Source of the DNA: an uncultured Rickettsiales bacterium
GTDB taxonomy: Bacteria > Pseudomonadota > Alphaproteobacteria > Rickettsiales > JABCZZ01
DNA: 64,000 nt
Assembly (NCBI GenBank): GCA_964454545.1
Contig: CAYVTI010000005.1
Span: 106-64,105, forward strand
Reading direction: 5' to 3'
Each line of letters opens with the position of its first letter. The first letter of the stretch is position 1. Shown here piece after piece: positions 19,266 to 29,134 of the stretch. Position numbers and translations under genes: made by a program. The notes beneath the pieces were generated by a model, which was not told where the DNA came from, ran no database searches, and saw only the letters and a list, made by a program, of their open reading frames with translations.

Positions 19266-20873
19266 ATGCCAAGATTGATCCCATCAGATCGCCATCCTAC
19301 AGCCGAAATACTTCATCAGCTGGTATTAAATTATATTGAGAAAGGAGATGATGGTTCACAGTATATCGTGGACAAATCAGGCGCGGGACGTCATCAGGGG
19401 GCTGCTAAGGATGGGGATAAGGTGTATCTTGGAATTGAGGCTATCAAGATGTTCATAAATCTGAATAGGAATAATATAAATGACTGGATAGCGGATACGA
19501 AACATAAACATACAGAGTTAAATCGTATATTGAGTATTTCATATTTTCCGTGGGAAGGCAGCCCGTTTGCAATTCCCTCCAGAGAGGAGCGGAATGTGCG
19601 GGCGAAAAATTTATTAAGCCTGTATGAAGCTGAAATATTTAATGATCCTCCTGATACATCTGAAAGAGTTACACCGGAAAATGAAAAAGTCACGCCGGAA
19701 AATAAAAAGAAGTTATTAACGCATTCAGACGAAAAAGGACGCAGCCTTATCAAAGTGGCGATAAAGACTGGTGAGGTTGACATATTTCGCAGAGTAATAG
19801 ATTTATTTGCCGCACATCTGGATGATCATTCCATTGTTTTAGAACTAAAGACTCGTAAGGGATTTAACCCTCTTAGTAGCGCGGTTTCATCCGGCAATAT
19901 AAAGATGGTAAAAGCAGTATCAGATTTCTTCAGAGATTTTCCGCTTGAGGAAATAAAAGAACAACTGACGATGAGATCTCAGAGTAAGCCTTCCGTCCTT
20001 ATAAGGGCTCTAAAAAGTGGTAATACGGATATGGCTAAGTTGTTAATAGATATATATGAGAAACACGGCCTTCAGGAAACATTAAAGGGACATTTAAAGG
20101 GCGATCCGAAGCAGCCCGACCTGCTAGGGGCAGCTGTAGACGGTAAAAATTCTGATATGATTGATTTATTATTAGGCAAATCCATAAAACTTGAAATGGA
20201 TGGAGTTCTCAAACTACAATTGGCAGCGAAAGATTCGAAAAATTCTACTTTACTGCAAAGGGCGGTAATCGGCGGTAATGCGGAAATAGTGGATGCGCTA
20301 CTGAAAGGATATCGTACTCCTAAATTGCAGGATTTGCTGGTACGGCAGTTGGAAGAGAAAGACACAGATGGTTCTACTTTACTGCAAAGGGCGGTAATCG
20401 GCGGTAATGCGGAAATAGTGGATGCGCTACTGAAAGGATATCGTACTCCTAAATTGCAGGATTTGCTGGCGCGGCAGTTATTAGAGCCGGATATGTATGG
20501 AAATAACATGCTTATGGCATCCGTGAGGAGTCATAACCCTGAGGTATTCAGCGCAATAAGCAAGGCGATACTTGTTGAGTATTCTCCAATCGAACTTTTG
20601 GAAGCCCTAAAAACAGCCAATCATGAAGGGATTGATCCAATTGCGAGTGTCACGGAAAGCAAGCAAGCGGCTGAAAAAAGTGGAAATGCAAATATAACAC
20701 TCGGAGATAGTGCCATAATAAAAGAAATTGGAATTTTACTAGAACATTTCGAGAAGTTAGCTGCCTCTTATGGAACTGCTAATTATACAGATACTCTTCT
20801 TACACCAAGTGAACGTAGTAATATTAACGAAGGTGCTATTCGTAGCCTTACTACAAGGTTGCCCAATCGCTGA
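19266..20873 (+). CDS. Ankyrin-repeat protein
   Basis: 535 aa. It has repeated xGxSxLxxAxxxGNxxxVxxLL units, for example [60 protein letters not shown] (twice) and [16 protein letters not shown]. The gene and its 5' flank are visibly more AT-rich than the neighbours. Confidence 0.85.
   Translation: MPRLIPSDRHPTAEILHQLVLNYIEKGDDGSQYIVDKSGAGRHQGAAKDGDKVYLGIEAIKMFINLNRNNINDWIADTKHKHTELNRILSISYFPWEGSPFAIPSREERNVRAKNLLSLYEAEIFNDPPDTSERVTPENEKVTPENKKKLLTHSDEKGRSLIKVAIKTGEVDIFRRVIDLFAAHLDDHSIVLELKTRKGFNPLSSAVSSGNIKMVKAVSDFFRDFPLEEIKEQLTMRSQSKPSVLIRALKSGNTDMAKLLIDIYEKHGLQETLKGHLKGDPKQPDLLGAAVDGKNSDMIDLLLGKSIKLEMDGVLKLQLAAKDSKNSTLLQRAVIGGNAEIVDALLKGYRTPKLQDLLVRQLEEKDTDGSTLLQRAVIGGNAEIVDALLKGYRTPKLQDLLARQLLEPDMYGNNMLMASVRSHNPEVFSAISKAILVEYSPIELLEALKTANHEGIDPIASVTESKQAAEKSGNANITLGDSAIIKEIGILLEHFEKLAASYGTANYTDTLLTPSERSNINEGAIRSLTTRLPNR
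20243..20501 (+). repeat. Tandem 129-bp (43-codon) duplication inside the ankyrin gene
   Basis: 20243-20340 is identical base for base to 20372-20469 (about 98 nt). The offset is exactly 129 bp and in frame. Confidence 0.9.
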
Positions 20874-20926
20874 GTCTTAACCTCATACTTGCCAGCCTCT
20901 TAATAATCCTGTTATACAACCATACT

Positions 20927-21676
20927 ATGAAAATACTCGTCCCTATAAAGCGTGTCGTTGATTTCAACGTGAAAGTCCGCGTGAAGGCGGATGGCAGCGG
21001 GGTGGAAACTGCGAATGTCAAAATGTCGATGAACCCTTTCGACGAGATCGCACTCGAAGAAGCCGTGCGCCTCAAGGAAAAGGGCGTCGCCAGGGAAGTG
21101 GTGATTGTGTCCATCGGGCCGGATACCGTGCAGGAAACGCTGCGCGCCGGGCTTGCCATCGGCGCGGATCGCGCCATTCATATTGCGCTGGATTCCGCCA
21201 TTCAATCCCTGCATGCGGCGAAGCTGCTTAAAGTCGTGGCGGATGAGGAAAAGCCCGATCTTATCATTACGGGAAAGCAGGCGATTGACGACGATGCCAA
21301 TCAGACCGGGCAGATGCTTGCGGCGTTGCTGGACTGGGGGCAGGGGACATTCGCCTCGAAGCTGGAAATTGCGGATGGCCACGCTGTTGTGATACGCGAG
21401 ATTGACGGCGGCCATATGACAGTGCAGCTCAAGCTGCCTGCGCTGGTGACCACGGATCTCCGCCTTAATGAGCCGCGCTACCCGACGCTGCCCAATATCA
21501 TGAAGGCGCGCAGCAAACCGATTGCAAAGAAAGCGGCAAGTGAACTGGGCGTCGATCTTGCGCCAAGGATTGCGGTGCTCAAGGTTGAGGAGCCGCCGAA
21601 GCGTAAGGGCGGCGTGAAAGTGAAGACTGTGGCTGAGCTCGTGGATAAACTGAAAAACGAAGCGAAGGTGATATGA
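20927..21676 (+). CDS. etfB: Electron transfer flavoprotein subunit beta
   Basis: 249 aa. [12 protein letters not shown]...[11 protein letters not shown]...[12 protein letters not shown] pattern. Confidence 0.9.
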   Translation: MKILVPIKRVVDFNVKVRVKADGSGVETANVKMSMNPFDEIALEEAVRLKEKGVAREVVIVSIGPDTVQETLRAGLAIGADRAIHIALDSAIQSLHAAKLLKVVADEEKPDLIITGKQAIDDDANQTGQMLAALLDWGQGTFASKLEIADGHAVVIREIDGGHMTVQLKLPALVTTDLRLNEPRYPTLPNIMKARSKPIAKKAASELGVDLAPRIAVLKVEEPPKRKGGVKVKTVAELVDKLKNEAKVI

Positions 21677-22602
21677 ACATTCTGGTCGTTGCCTCGCATG
21701 ATAACGGCAAACTCGCCAAAGCCACCCTGCATGTGGTCACTGCCGCGAAACGGATTGGCGGCGATATTCATGTGCTGGTTGCAGGAAAAGGTTGCGGCGC
21801 AGTGGCGGCGGAAGCGGCTAAAATTGCAGGCGTGCAGGGGGTGCTTGTTGCTGACGATGCGGCGTATGAACATGCGCTGGCGGAAAACATGGCCACGCTT
21901 GTTGCGGGCATTGCTGGGAATTATTCGCATATACTGGCCGCCGCCAATTCGGCAGGGAAAGATTTCCTGCCGCGTGTGGCGGCTTTACTTGACGTTGCCC
22001 AGATTTCCGAAGTCATTGCGGTGATTTCGCCCGATACTTTCAGACATCCCATCTATGCGGGAAACGCGATTGAAACGGTGCAATCGAAAGATAAAATAAA
22101 AATTCTCACCGTGCGCCAGACGGGATTTGACGCGGCGCCTCTGGAAGGCGGAAGTGCGGCGGTGGAAGCCATATCTGGCAAAGGCGGCAGCGGGTTGTCG
22201 CAGTTTGTCTCCAGGGAAGAAGTCAAAGCGGAACGCCCCGATTTAACCGCTGCGCGCGTAGTGGTTTCCGGCGGGCGCGGGCTGGCGTCAAAGGAAAATT
22301 TTGCTCTTATCGGGAAACTGGCTGACAAGCTCGGCGCGGCGGTAGGCTCGTCGCGCGCGGCGGTGGACGCCGGTTATATTTCGAACGACGCGCAGGTTGG
22401 GCAGACAGGGAAAATCATCGCGCCGGAGCTCTACATCGCAGTGGGAATTTCCGGGGCAATCCAGCATCTTGCGGGGATGAAGGACAGCAAGGTGATAGTC
22501 GCCATCAACAAGGATGAAAACGCGCCGATATTCGAAATCGCCGATTATGGCCTGGTAGGTGATTTGTTTCAGGTATTGCCGGAACTTACGAATGCATTGT
22601 AA
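21673..22602 (+). CDS. etfA: Electron transfer flavoprotein subunit alpha
   Basis: 309 aa. C-terminal FAD-binding motifs ([35 protein letters not shown]). There is a 4-nt overlap with etfB. Confidence 0.9.
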   Translation: MNILVVASHDNGKLAKATLHVVTAAKRIGGDIHVLVAGKGCGAVAAEAAKIAGVQGVLVADDAAYEHALAENMATLVAGIAGNYSHILAAANSAGKDFLPRVAALLDVAQISEVIAVISPDTFRHPIYAGNAIETVQSKDKIKILTVRQTGFDAAPLEGGSAAVEAISGKGGSGLSQFVSREEVKAERPDLTAARVVVSGGRGLASKENFALIGKLADKLGAAVGSSRAAVDAGYISNDAQVGQTGKIIAPELYIAVGISGAIQHLAGMKDSKVIVAINKDENAPIFEIADYGLVGDLFQVLPELTNAL

Positions 22603-22632
22603 TATGAATTTCAGTAACATTTCATCTGAAAT

Positions 22633-22974
22633 ATGTTTGAACGACGCGATCAGGCACCCCTAGGCCGACCCCAGTTCTACCGTCGCCTGCTGAAAAGCGG
22701 CTTGTATGCCGGAGGCGTGGTGTCCGTTTCGCTTTTCATCGGGGTCTGCGGGTATCATTTTCTTGAGCGCCTGCCGTGGATAGACGCGCTGCTCAACGCT
22801 TCGATGATTCTGGGCGGCATGGGGCCGGTCGATCCGATGAAGACGTTCGGCGGCAAGCTGTTCGCGTCTTTTTACGCGCTTTATAGCGGGCTGGTGCTGA
22901 TTGGCCTTACGGGTATCCTGCTCGCGCCGGTCTTCCACCGCGTGCTGCATACATTCAGTTATACGAAATCATAG
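22633..22974 (+). CDS. Small membrane protein (hypothetical)
   Basis: 113 aa with 2-3 predicted TM helices. No recognisable family motif. Confidence 0.5.
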   Translation: MFERRDQAPLGRPQFYRRLLKSGLYAGGVVSVSLFIGVCGYHFLERLPWIDALLNASMILGGMGPVDPMKTFGGKLFASFYALYSGLVLIGLTGILLAPVFHRVLHTFSYTKS

Positions 22975-22981
22975 GTAGGTG

Positions 22982-24601
22982 ATGAAAATTGCCATAGCCC
23001 AATCCAATTTTACCGTAGGCGACATCGCGGGCAATATGGAAAGAATCGCCGCGCTGCACAGGCAGGCATCGAAGCAGAAGGCCGATCTGCTGATCTGCTC
23101 CGAGATGTGCATCACCGGTTATCCGCCCGAGGATCTGGTGCTGCGCAAGAGCTTCCGGCAAGCCGCCATGCAAGCGGTTTCCGGGCTTGCAAGCCTTACG
23201 AAAAAAGGCGCGGCCCTGCTCTGCGGAGGATTGTGGAATGAGGATGGGGCATTGTATAACGCGGCTTTCCTGTTTGAAAACGGCCAGGTCGTCCATCGCC
23301 AGTACAAGCATCACCTGCCCAATTACGGCGTGTTTGACGAAAGGCGGGTATTTAAGGAAGGAATCTTTCCTGCGCCTCTGTCATGGCGCGGGATGAAGCT
23401 CGGGCTCCTGATATGCGAGGATATGTGGAGCGATGATGTCGCCCGGAATTTAAGCATGCATGGCGCGGAACTGCTTGTGTCCATCAACGCCTCGCCGTTT
23501 GACGTGAAAAAGCATGACGTACGCATTGCGCAGGCGAAACAGCGCGTGTCGGAAACCGGGCTTCCGCTTATATATGTCAACCAGATCGGCGGGCAGGATG
23601 AACTGGTGTTTGACGGCAGCTCGTTCGTCATGTCGGCGGATGGGATTGTGCAGGGGCAGCTGGATAGCTTCAGGGAGGATTTTGCGATCGTAACCTGGGA
23701 TGCAGGCGGCAAGCGCCTGGAATGCGGTGCGAAAGGTGAGGCGAGGGGGGAAAAAAGAGGTGAAGATGAGCTCATCTATAACGCGCTGACGCTGGGATTG
23801 CGCGATTATGTGGAAAAGAACCGTTTCCCGGGCGTGGTTCTGGGGCTTTCCGGCGGCATCGATTCGGCGCTCACCGCAGCGGTTGCGGTCGATGCGCTGG
23901 GCAGGGAACGCGTGCATGCGCTCATGATGCCTTCGCCCTATACTTCGCGCGCGAGCCTTGAAGACGCCGCCGCATGCGCAAGGGCGCTTGATATCAGGCT
24001 GGATATCGTTCCCATCTCGCAGGCCATGCTGGTGTTTGATGAGCTTCTTGCGCCCCTGTTCGCGGGTGGGAAGCCGGATGTGACGGAGGAAAACATCCAG
24101 TCGCGCCTGCGCGGCAATATCCTCATGGCGGTCAGCAACAAGTTTAACAAGATGTTGCTTACAACGGGCAACAAGTCGGAAATGTCGGTGGGGTACGCGA
24201 CGCTTTACGGCGACATGTGCGGCGGGTTCAACGTGCTGAAGGATGTGTATAAGATGGAAGTGTACGCGCTTGCCAGATGGCGTAACCGGCAGCGCGAGGT
24301 GATCCCGGAGCGCGTTCTGACCCGTGCGCCGTCCGCCGAGCTCAAGCCCAACCAGACGGATCAGGACAGCCTGCCGCCTTACGATATACTGGACGCAATC
24401 CTCGAACGGCTTATCGAGGAGCAGATGCCGGTGAGTGAAATCATCGCGGCCGGGTATGAGCGCGAGACGGTGGAGAAAGTGTCCCGGATGCTATACCGTT
24501 CCGAATACAAGCGCCGTCAGGCCCCTCCGGGCGTGAAGATAACGACCATGTCCTTCGGCCGCGACCGCCGTTACCCGCTTACCAATGGCTGGAGCTTATG
24601 A
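22982..24601 (+). CDS. nadE: Glutamine-dependent NAD+ synthetase
   Basis: An N-terminal CN-hydrolase domain plus a C-terminal NAD synthase domain (GLSGGIDSALTAAV, TGNKSE). ATG at 22982 is preferred over the GTG at 22979. Confidence 0.9.
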   Translation: MKIAIAQSNFTVGDIAGNMERIAALHRQASKQKADLLICSEMCITGYPPEDLVLRKSFRQAAMQAVSGLASLTKKGAALLCGGLWNEDGALYNAAFLFENGQVVHRQYKHHLPNYGVFDERRVFKEGIFPAPLSWRGMKLGLLICEDMWSDDVARNLSMHGAELLVSINASPFDVKKHDVRIAQAKQRVSETGLPLIYVNQIGGQDELVFDGSSFVMSADGIVQGQLDSFREDFAIVTWDAGGKRLECGAKGEARGEKRGEDELIYNALTLGLRDYVEKNRFPGVVLGLSGGIDSALTAAVAVDALGRERVHALMMPSPYTSRASLEDAAACARALDIRLDIVPISQAMLVFDELLAPLFAGGKPDVTEENIQSRLRGNILMAVSNKFNKMLLTTGNKSEMSVGYATLYGDMCGGFNVLKDVYKMEVYALARWRNRQREVIPERVLTRAPSAELKPNQTDQDSLPPYDILDAILERLIEEQMPVSEIIAAGYERETVEKVSRMLYRSEYKRRQAPPGVKITTMSFGRDRRYPLTNGWSL

Positions 24602-25507
24602 ATTCCTGACAAAAGAACGCAGCGCCAGCATGGGGAGAAGGATTCGCTTCTCCATTTTTGATTCCTGCGGCAGGCCTTTCGCTTTATAGGCGTCCTCTGC
24701 AAGCCACGCGAGGCGGAGCGCGCCGCACAGGGAAAAGAAATTATTGATGGAGCCCAGCATATTGCCACTTGCGATTCCGGAGGCAATGTTGAAAGCCGTA
24801 CCTGCAACGATGATCATGAACGGGGTGGCGGGATTGGAAAATATGCCGGACAACAGTCCGGCGGATGAAAAGGTTGTTGCCCCGATTCCGAGAAGGGTTG
24901 CAGTAAGCGCGGGCATATTGCCGGATGGGTCTTCAAGAAGCTCCATGCCGCCGCCGGCCATCAGCCCGATGGCGGCATAGCCTACGCCGAAATAGACGGT
25001 CGGATGCGTGAGCGTTCTTACCCATCTTCCGGCCTGCATGTTGAGCTGCAATTGCGTTGCGCGCCTGCTTGCCGCCATGAAATTCCCGCAGGCGAACGCC
25101 AGCCCTGCGATGCCCGGTAAAATAGCGCCTGCCTGGAGGGAAACGAGGCCTGCGATCAGAATCCCGCACGCATTGATGAAAAGGGAAGGCGGCTGGTTTG
25201 AAATGAAGCCTTTAAGCAGTTTGGAGGCGGGCCATAATGCCGTTCCTTTTCTCTTATAATCCTGAATATTGGAAAAAATAACTCCGGATATGATGGCGAG
25301 CGCCGCCGCGCATAGCGTGATGGCGATGGCCAGCATGCTGCCGGACTGGAACATTGCAAACACGTTGGCCAGCGCGAACAGGACGCCCGGATCATAAGTA
25401 ACCTGTGGGATTTTCATGCCAGAATTTGTGTCCTGAAACCTGTATTCAGGCAATAATAATCTGCGGGAGGCATTGACGCGCGGCTTTTTATCTTTATAAG
25501 CGTTCAT
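24596..25507 (-). CDS. Polytopic membrane protein (hypothetical)
   Basis: 303-aa Gly/Ala-rich multi-TM ORF. The start at 25507 is only 4 nt from the tRNA gene, so the internal ATG at 25417 (MKIPQVTYDPG) is a plausible true start. The 3' end overlaps nadE by 6 nt (convergent). Confidence 0.55.
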   Translation of the reverse strand: MNAYKDKKPRVNASRRLLLPEYRFQDTNSGMKIPQVTYDPGVLFALANVFAMFQSGSMLAIAITLCAAALAIISGVIFSNIQDYKRKGTALWPASKLLKGFISNQPPSLFINACGILIAGLVSLQAGAILPGIAGLAFACGNFMAASRRATQLQLNMQAGRWVRTLTHPTVYFGVGYAAIGLMAGGGMELLEDPSGNMPALTATLLGIGATTFSSAGLLSGIFSNPATPFMIIVAGTAFNIASGIASGNMLGSINNFFSLCGALRLAWLAEDAYKAKGLPQESKMEKRILLPMLALRSFVRNS

Positions 25508-25510
25508 AGT

Positions 25511-25597
25511 GCCCTGGTGGTGGAACTGGTAGACGCGCTAGACTCAAAATCTTGTATCCGCAAGGATGTGTCGGTTCGAGTCCGACCCGGGGCACCA
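25511..25597 (+). tRNA. tRNA-Leu (anticodon CAA), CCA encoded
   Basis: GCCCTGG acceptor stem pairing with CCGGGGC, anticodon loop CUCAAAA, a long variable arm (ATCCGCAAGGATG), T-arm TCGGTTCGAGTCCGA and 3' ACCA. Folded by eye. Confidence 0.9.
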
Positions 25598-25617
25598 CTG
25601 GAAAATCAAAGAGTTAT

Positions 25618-25683
25618 CTGGCATCCATCTTTAATATATCGCGCCAGACGGCGCTCTTGCTGGATGCCAGATTACGCTGGCAT
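25618..25683 (+). other. Alternating CTGGCAT(CC) inverted repeats just 3' of tRNA-Leu
   Basis: CTGGCATCC (25618-26) pairs with GGATGCCAG (25662-70) and encloses a GCGCC-AGAC-GGCGC hairpin. A third CTGGCAT at 25677-83 can pair alternatively with 25664-70. Confidence 0.4.
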
Positions 25684-25743
25684 AACAAGGAAAAACAAAT
25701 ACTTATTCCTTTCCTTATCCAAAACTCAGGTTAATTTATAACA

Positions 25744-26850
25744 TCAATTAGCCGTGACCTCGACGGTAATCACATCGGAATAAGTATCACCGGCTTCACT
25801 GCCGGTGAGGTTTCCGATGGTGAATTCTATGGGAAAGCGGTTGCCGGTTGCGGGTGTTATTCCGGTGCCATTCACTGCTTCGGCGGCAATACCGGAGGCA
25901 AGATCGATTTCAGCGCCGTTCAGCGTGACGGTGTAGTTGACGGTGTCGGGAATGGCGGGCGCACGTTCATGGATCATGCGCTGGCGATTTTCCGACTGCA
26001 TGGTGACGCGGTAGCCGTTATTGCTGCGCACGACCACATCGAAACCGCGCTGCTCACCAGAGACAAGCGTACCGAAATCGATAACCTGCACCGTATTGCT
26101 GATGTCAAACGGCGCGCCGGATTCCACCAGCGATACATCAACGCTGCTTTCAGCGCGTGTCTGGAACGTGATTGTCCTGCTGTCTTCCAGCGTATTAATT
26201 CCGAGTATAAGGCCGGAGTAAAGGCTGAGCGTCAGGTTGGGATCACTGTAGGACGTAGCGGATGCGGGTACTATCTGAAGCGGATCGATAGTCCAGGCGA
26301 AGCTGTGGTCAGCGATCTGGTTAAGCCCTGCCAGCACGCCAAAACTGCCGGTGATGGTTTCACCTTGCGTTGCCGTCGGAAGGGCTTTCAGGATGCTGCT
26401 CTTGTTTGCGTTGATATAGGCGTTGTAATTCAGCGTATGGACATCGTGCATAAGCTGCCGCTGGCTGAAATTACCCGATTGTCCGGCGGAAAGGGTAATG
26501 AAATAGTCGCAGGAAGGAGCCGACACCGTACCCTGCACACGGAAATTGATCGTTTGCATGTATTCCGCCGGATCAAATACCGCGTATTGCCCGCTGCCTC
26601 CCTGGAAAGTAACAACGGAAGGCACATTGGCAAGGCTCAAGGCTACGCATGCGGCCATGGCTATATGGGGAAGGAAGAGAGAGAAGAAAAACGTTGGGAC
26701 ATAGAACGATATGTCATTGCGAGGAGCGAAGCGACGTGGCAATCCAGACTTTTCTCTGATAGTAATAACTGGATTGCTTCGGCTGCGCCTCGCAATGACG
26801 ATGTTAGAGAGATTCTTGCTCATGGCGTCATTCCTTCTTGTGCATGCCAC
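25744..26850 (-). CDS. Spore coat protein U (SCPU) domain protein, CsuE-like two-domain fimbrial tip subunit (start uncertain)
   Basis: This is the last gene after the usher. Its size and the Ser/Thr/Gly/Asn-rich beta-type sequence (two roughly 150-aa halves ending TVEVTAN) fit Csu/SCPU tip subunits. The N-terminal 45 codons read through palindromic element copy B. Confidence 0.55.
   Translation of the reverse strand: MACTRRNDAMSKNLSNIVIARRSRSNPVITIREKSGLPRRFAPRNDISFYVPTFFFSLFLPHIAMAACVALSLANVPSVVTFQGGSGQYAVFDPAEYMQTINFRVQGTVSAPSCDYFITLSAGQSGNFSQRQLMHDVHTLNYNAYINANKSSILKALPTATQGETITGSFGVLAGLNQIADHSFAWTIDPLQIVPASATSYSDPNLTLSLYSGLILGINTLEDSRTITFQTRAESSVDVSLVESGAPFDISNTVQVIDFGTLVSGEQRGFDVVVRSNNGYRVTMQSENRQRMIHERAPAIPDTVNYTVTLNGAEIDLASGIAAEAVNGTGITPATGNRFPIEFTIGNLTGSEAGDTYSDVITVEVTAN
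26713..26800. repeat. Palindromic repeat element, copy B
   Basis: GTCATTGCGAGGAGCGAAGCGACGTGGCAATCCAG ... CTGGATTGCTTCGGCTGCGCCTCGCAATGAC. It lies between the usher stop (26820) and the hydrophobic signal segment of the SCPU ORF. Confidence 0.7.
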
Positions 26851-28898
26851 ATGCCCGAAGATACCTGACCATTGTCGGGCATGATGCCAAGCGTCAACGT
26901 TCCGGCCTGGGTCGGGCCAGACGAACCTTGCGGTATGGTGAGATTCAGCGTTACACCGGGGAAACTGTAGAGTTCGGCGATATAATTTCCGGGGCGCAGT
27001 TTTTCGATGCGGAAACGTCCCTGTCGGTTGGTGAAGAAAGTGACGGCATCAACAAGGCCATTACCCGAAGCGGAGCGGATGTTGCCTGCTTGCAGCGCAA
27101 CAGGGCTGCCGTCCTGGTAGGTAAGCGTGCCGTCGAGCAGCACATTGGCGTCGCCGCCGATCTTGATGAATGTGCCGCTGCGGTAGCCGGGATGCAATGT
27201 GTAATTGGTTTCGCCGGGATCAAATCCGGTCGGCAGGCTGTTCGCGTCCACGCGCACGGTGCGGTACATATAGGGCGTCAGCTCCGGCAGCACGGCGGGG
27301 CCTAACATATCGGTTCTGGCTTCATAGTGAAGCGTGTGGTCATCGCTGTTCAGCGGGTTGACGCCGATTGGATATTGCTCGATGGCCGGGTCAGGCGCGA
27401 TCATGGCGAAGCTGCCGGAGATGGGGCGCGACATCGACCAGTGTCCGTCACTCATCGCCAGTGCGGTGCCGAAACGCATCTCGCTGCGCTCCTGGTTTGC
27501 ACCTTGCGTACCATTGCCGTCGAAAGAAGTGACCAGATCATGATTGGCGGTAATATCGCCGCGATTGCCGTAATAGGTGATGCTGCCGTTGCCTTCACTT
27601 CTGTCTCCGGTCTGCGTCACGCCCGCTGAAGCGGCGATGCTGTCGGTGCGCTCGGCCTGCGCGTAGTTCCAGTCGGCGCGAGTGGTATGGGTAGTGCTGT
27701 CATAACTGCCGCTGACAAAGTGTCGCGAGGATTGCGGCGACCAGGTGAAACTGAGAAACACGCCAAAGCTTTCCGTGCTTGCGTGATCCATGCTGACTCC
27801 CACATGCAGTCCGCCTTGGAGTTGCCTATCGAAGCTAAGGCTGCTCGTCCACACGTTACTTTGTCCGTCACGACCAACCTGATAGCGCCCGCCGATACCG
27901 AGATTAAGGGTGGGAGAAAGTTGCTGGCTGTAACGCGCTGTCGTGTCATAGGAAAACAGATTGTCCGGCAGCAGCACGCCGAGCGGTGCGAAGTCCCTGT
28001 CCTGATAGATGGTCAGCAAAGTGAAATTGCGCGCCCCCTTGAATGTGCCGTCTGCGTTCATTTGTGCCGGATCGATATACTGATACTGCCCCTGGAGTGC
28101 GAAACCGTTATCGCCGCTTTTCATCCTGCTTTCCGAGAGGTCAGCGCGTAATATGCCCCATTTGCCGCCGATTGTTGCATCCATGCCGCCCATCTGCTGA
28201 TCGCTGTCGGCCTGCAGGTTCGCTCCCACGGTCAGCCAGTCGGTGACACCGTATAAATGAAACGCGGAAAACGCAGGTTGGCTGGTGTCGTAATGCATCA
28301 TGCCGTCCGTATTGGTGGAGACGACGCCAAGATTATAGGCATATTTATGCAGGCTGCTTTCAAGCAGGCTGGCATCGCTCACAATATTAAGATTCTTGAC
28401 TTCAACACGTCCCGCCGCATCGGTGATGACGAGCCGCACATCGTTACTGCCGTTTACCACCGGGAAATTACGCACATCGAAATTGCCGGAACCAAGTTGC
28501 AATGTCTGCACCTTGCGATCATTGACGTAGATATCCACACGCGAAGGAGCATTGAGAAAGAACGAGGTCTGTCCTGTCGGCTCAGATACTCGGTAAGGCT
28601 GCAAATCGAAATCGCGCGCCACCGTCACGCCCAGCATGGACTGGAAACTCTGGAATCCTTCGATGGGATAAGACAAATCGCCTGCTGCGAGACGTACCAT
28701 GCTATCCGGCAGATCGTACACCAGTCGCGTGTTGCTGCGCTGGAAAGGGTGGTCGGCATCCTCGACGTAATTGCCGGTGCTTTCCAGCACCATGCCATGA
28801 AGGTTGATGGCACTATCGCTGCTCAGGCGCAGTGGCTGCCTGCCATCTCCGCCCGGCAGGCCGCTTTCGACATAATCCTGGCTGCCGAACAGGTTCAT
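26820..28898 (-). pseudogene. Fimbrial outer-membrane usher, 5'-truncated (no signal peptide or N-terminal domain)
   Basis: 692 aa. The usher motif LQLGSGNFDVRNFPVVNGSNDVRLVITDAAGRVEV sits at about residue 130 rather than about 250. The frame is closed by a stop 15 codons upstream of the first Met. No chaperone or major subunit genes lie upstream. Confidence 0.55.
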
Positions 28899-29134
28899 AT
28901 AGGCTGAGACCGCACTGGGTTTTGTTACGGGTTTAACCGGCTTTCAGATGACGAGGTGGAAGTCCTGTACAAAAATATGCATGTCAAATCATTCAAAACC
29001 CGTGACGAACAGGAAGTCGCCGGATATTTTGAAGTGCTGGAACGGATATTCACGCATTTTTTGCTGCAGTAAATATTCTTGAGAGGTTGATTTGCCCATT
29101 GGGGCACATCAGTAATTCATCAGTTTTATAGTGT

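Noticed and set aside
25969-28907. Plus-strand ORFs 25969-26868, 26838-27305, 27687-28151 and 28257-28907 opposite the SCPU and usher genes
   Set aside because: The minus-strand products carry usher and SCPU-type sequence features. The plus-strand frames are Arg/Ala/His-rich shadows.
29101-29108. Possible direct repeat of the tRNA-Leu 3' end (GGGGCAC) marking the far island boundary
   Set aside because: It is only a 7-nt match, which is expected by chance several times in 64 kb. It is not evidence for an att site.
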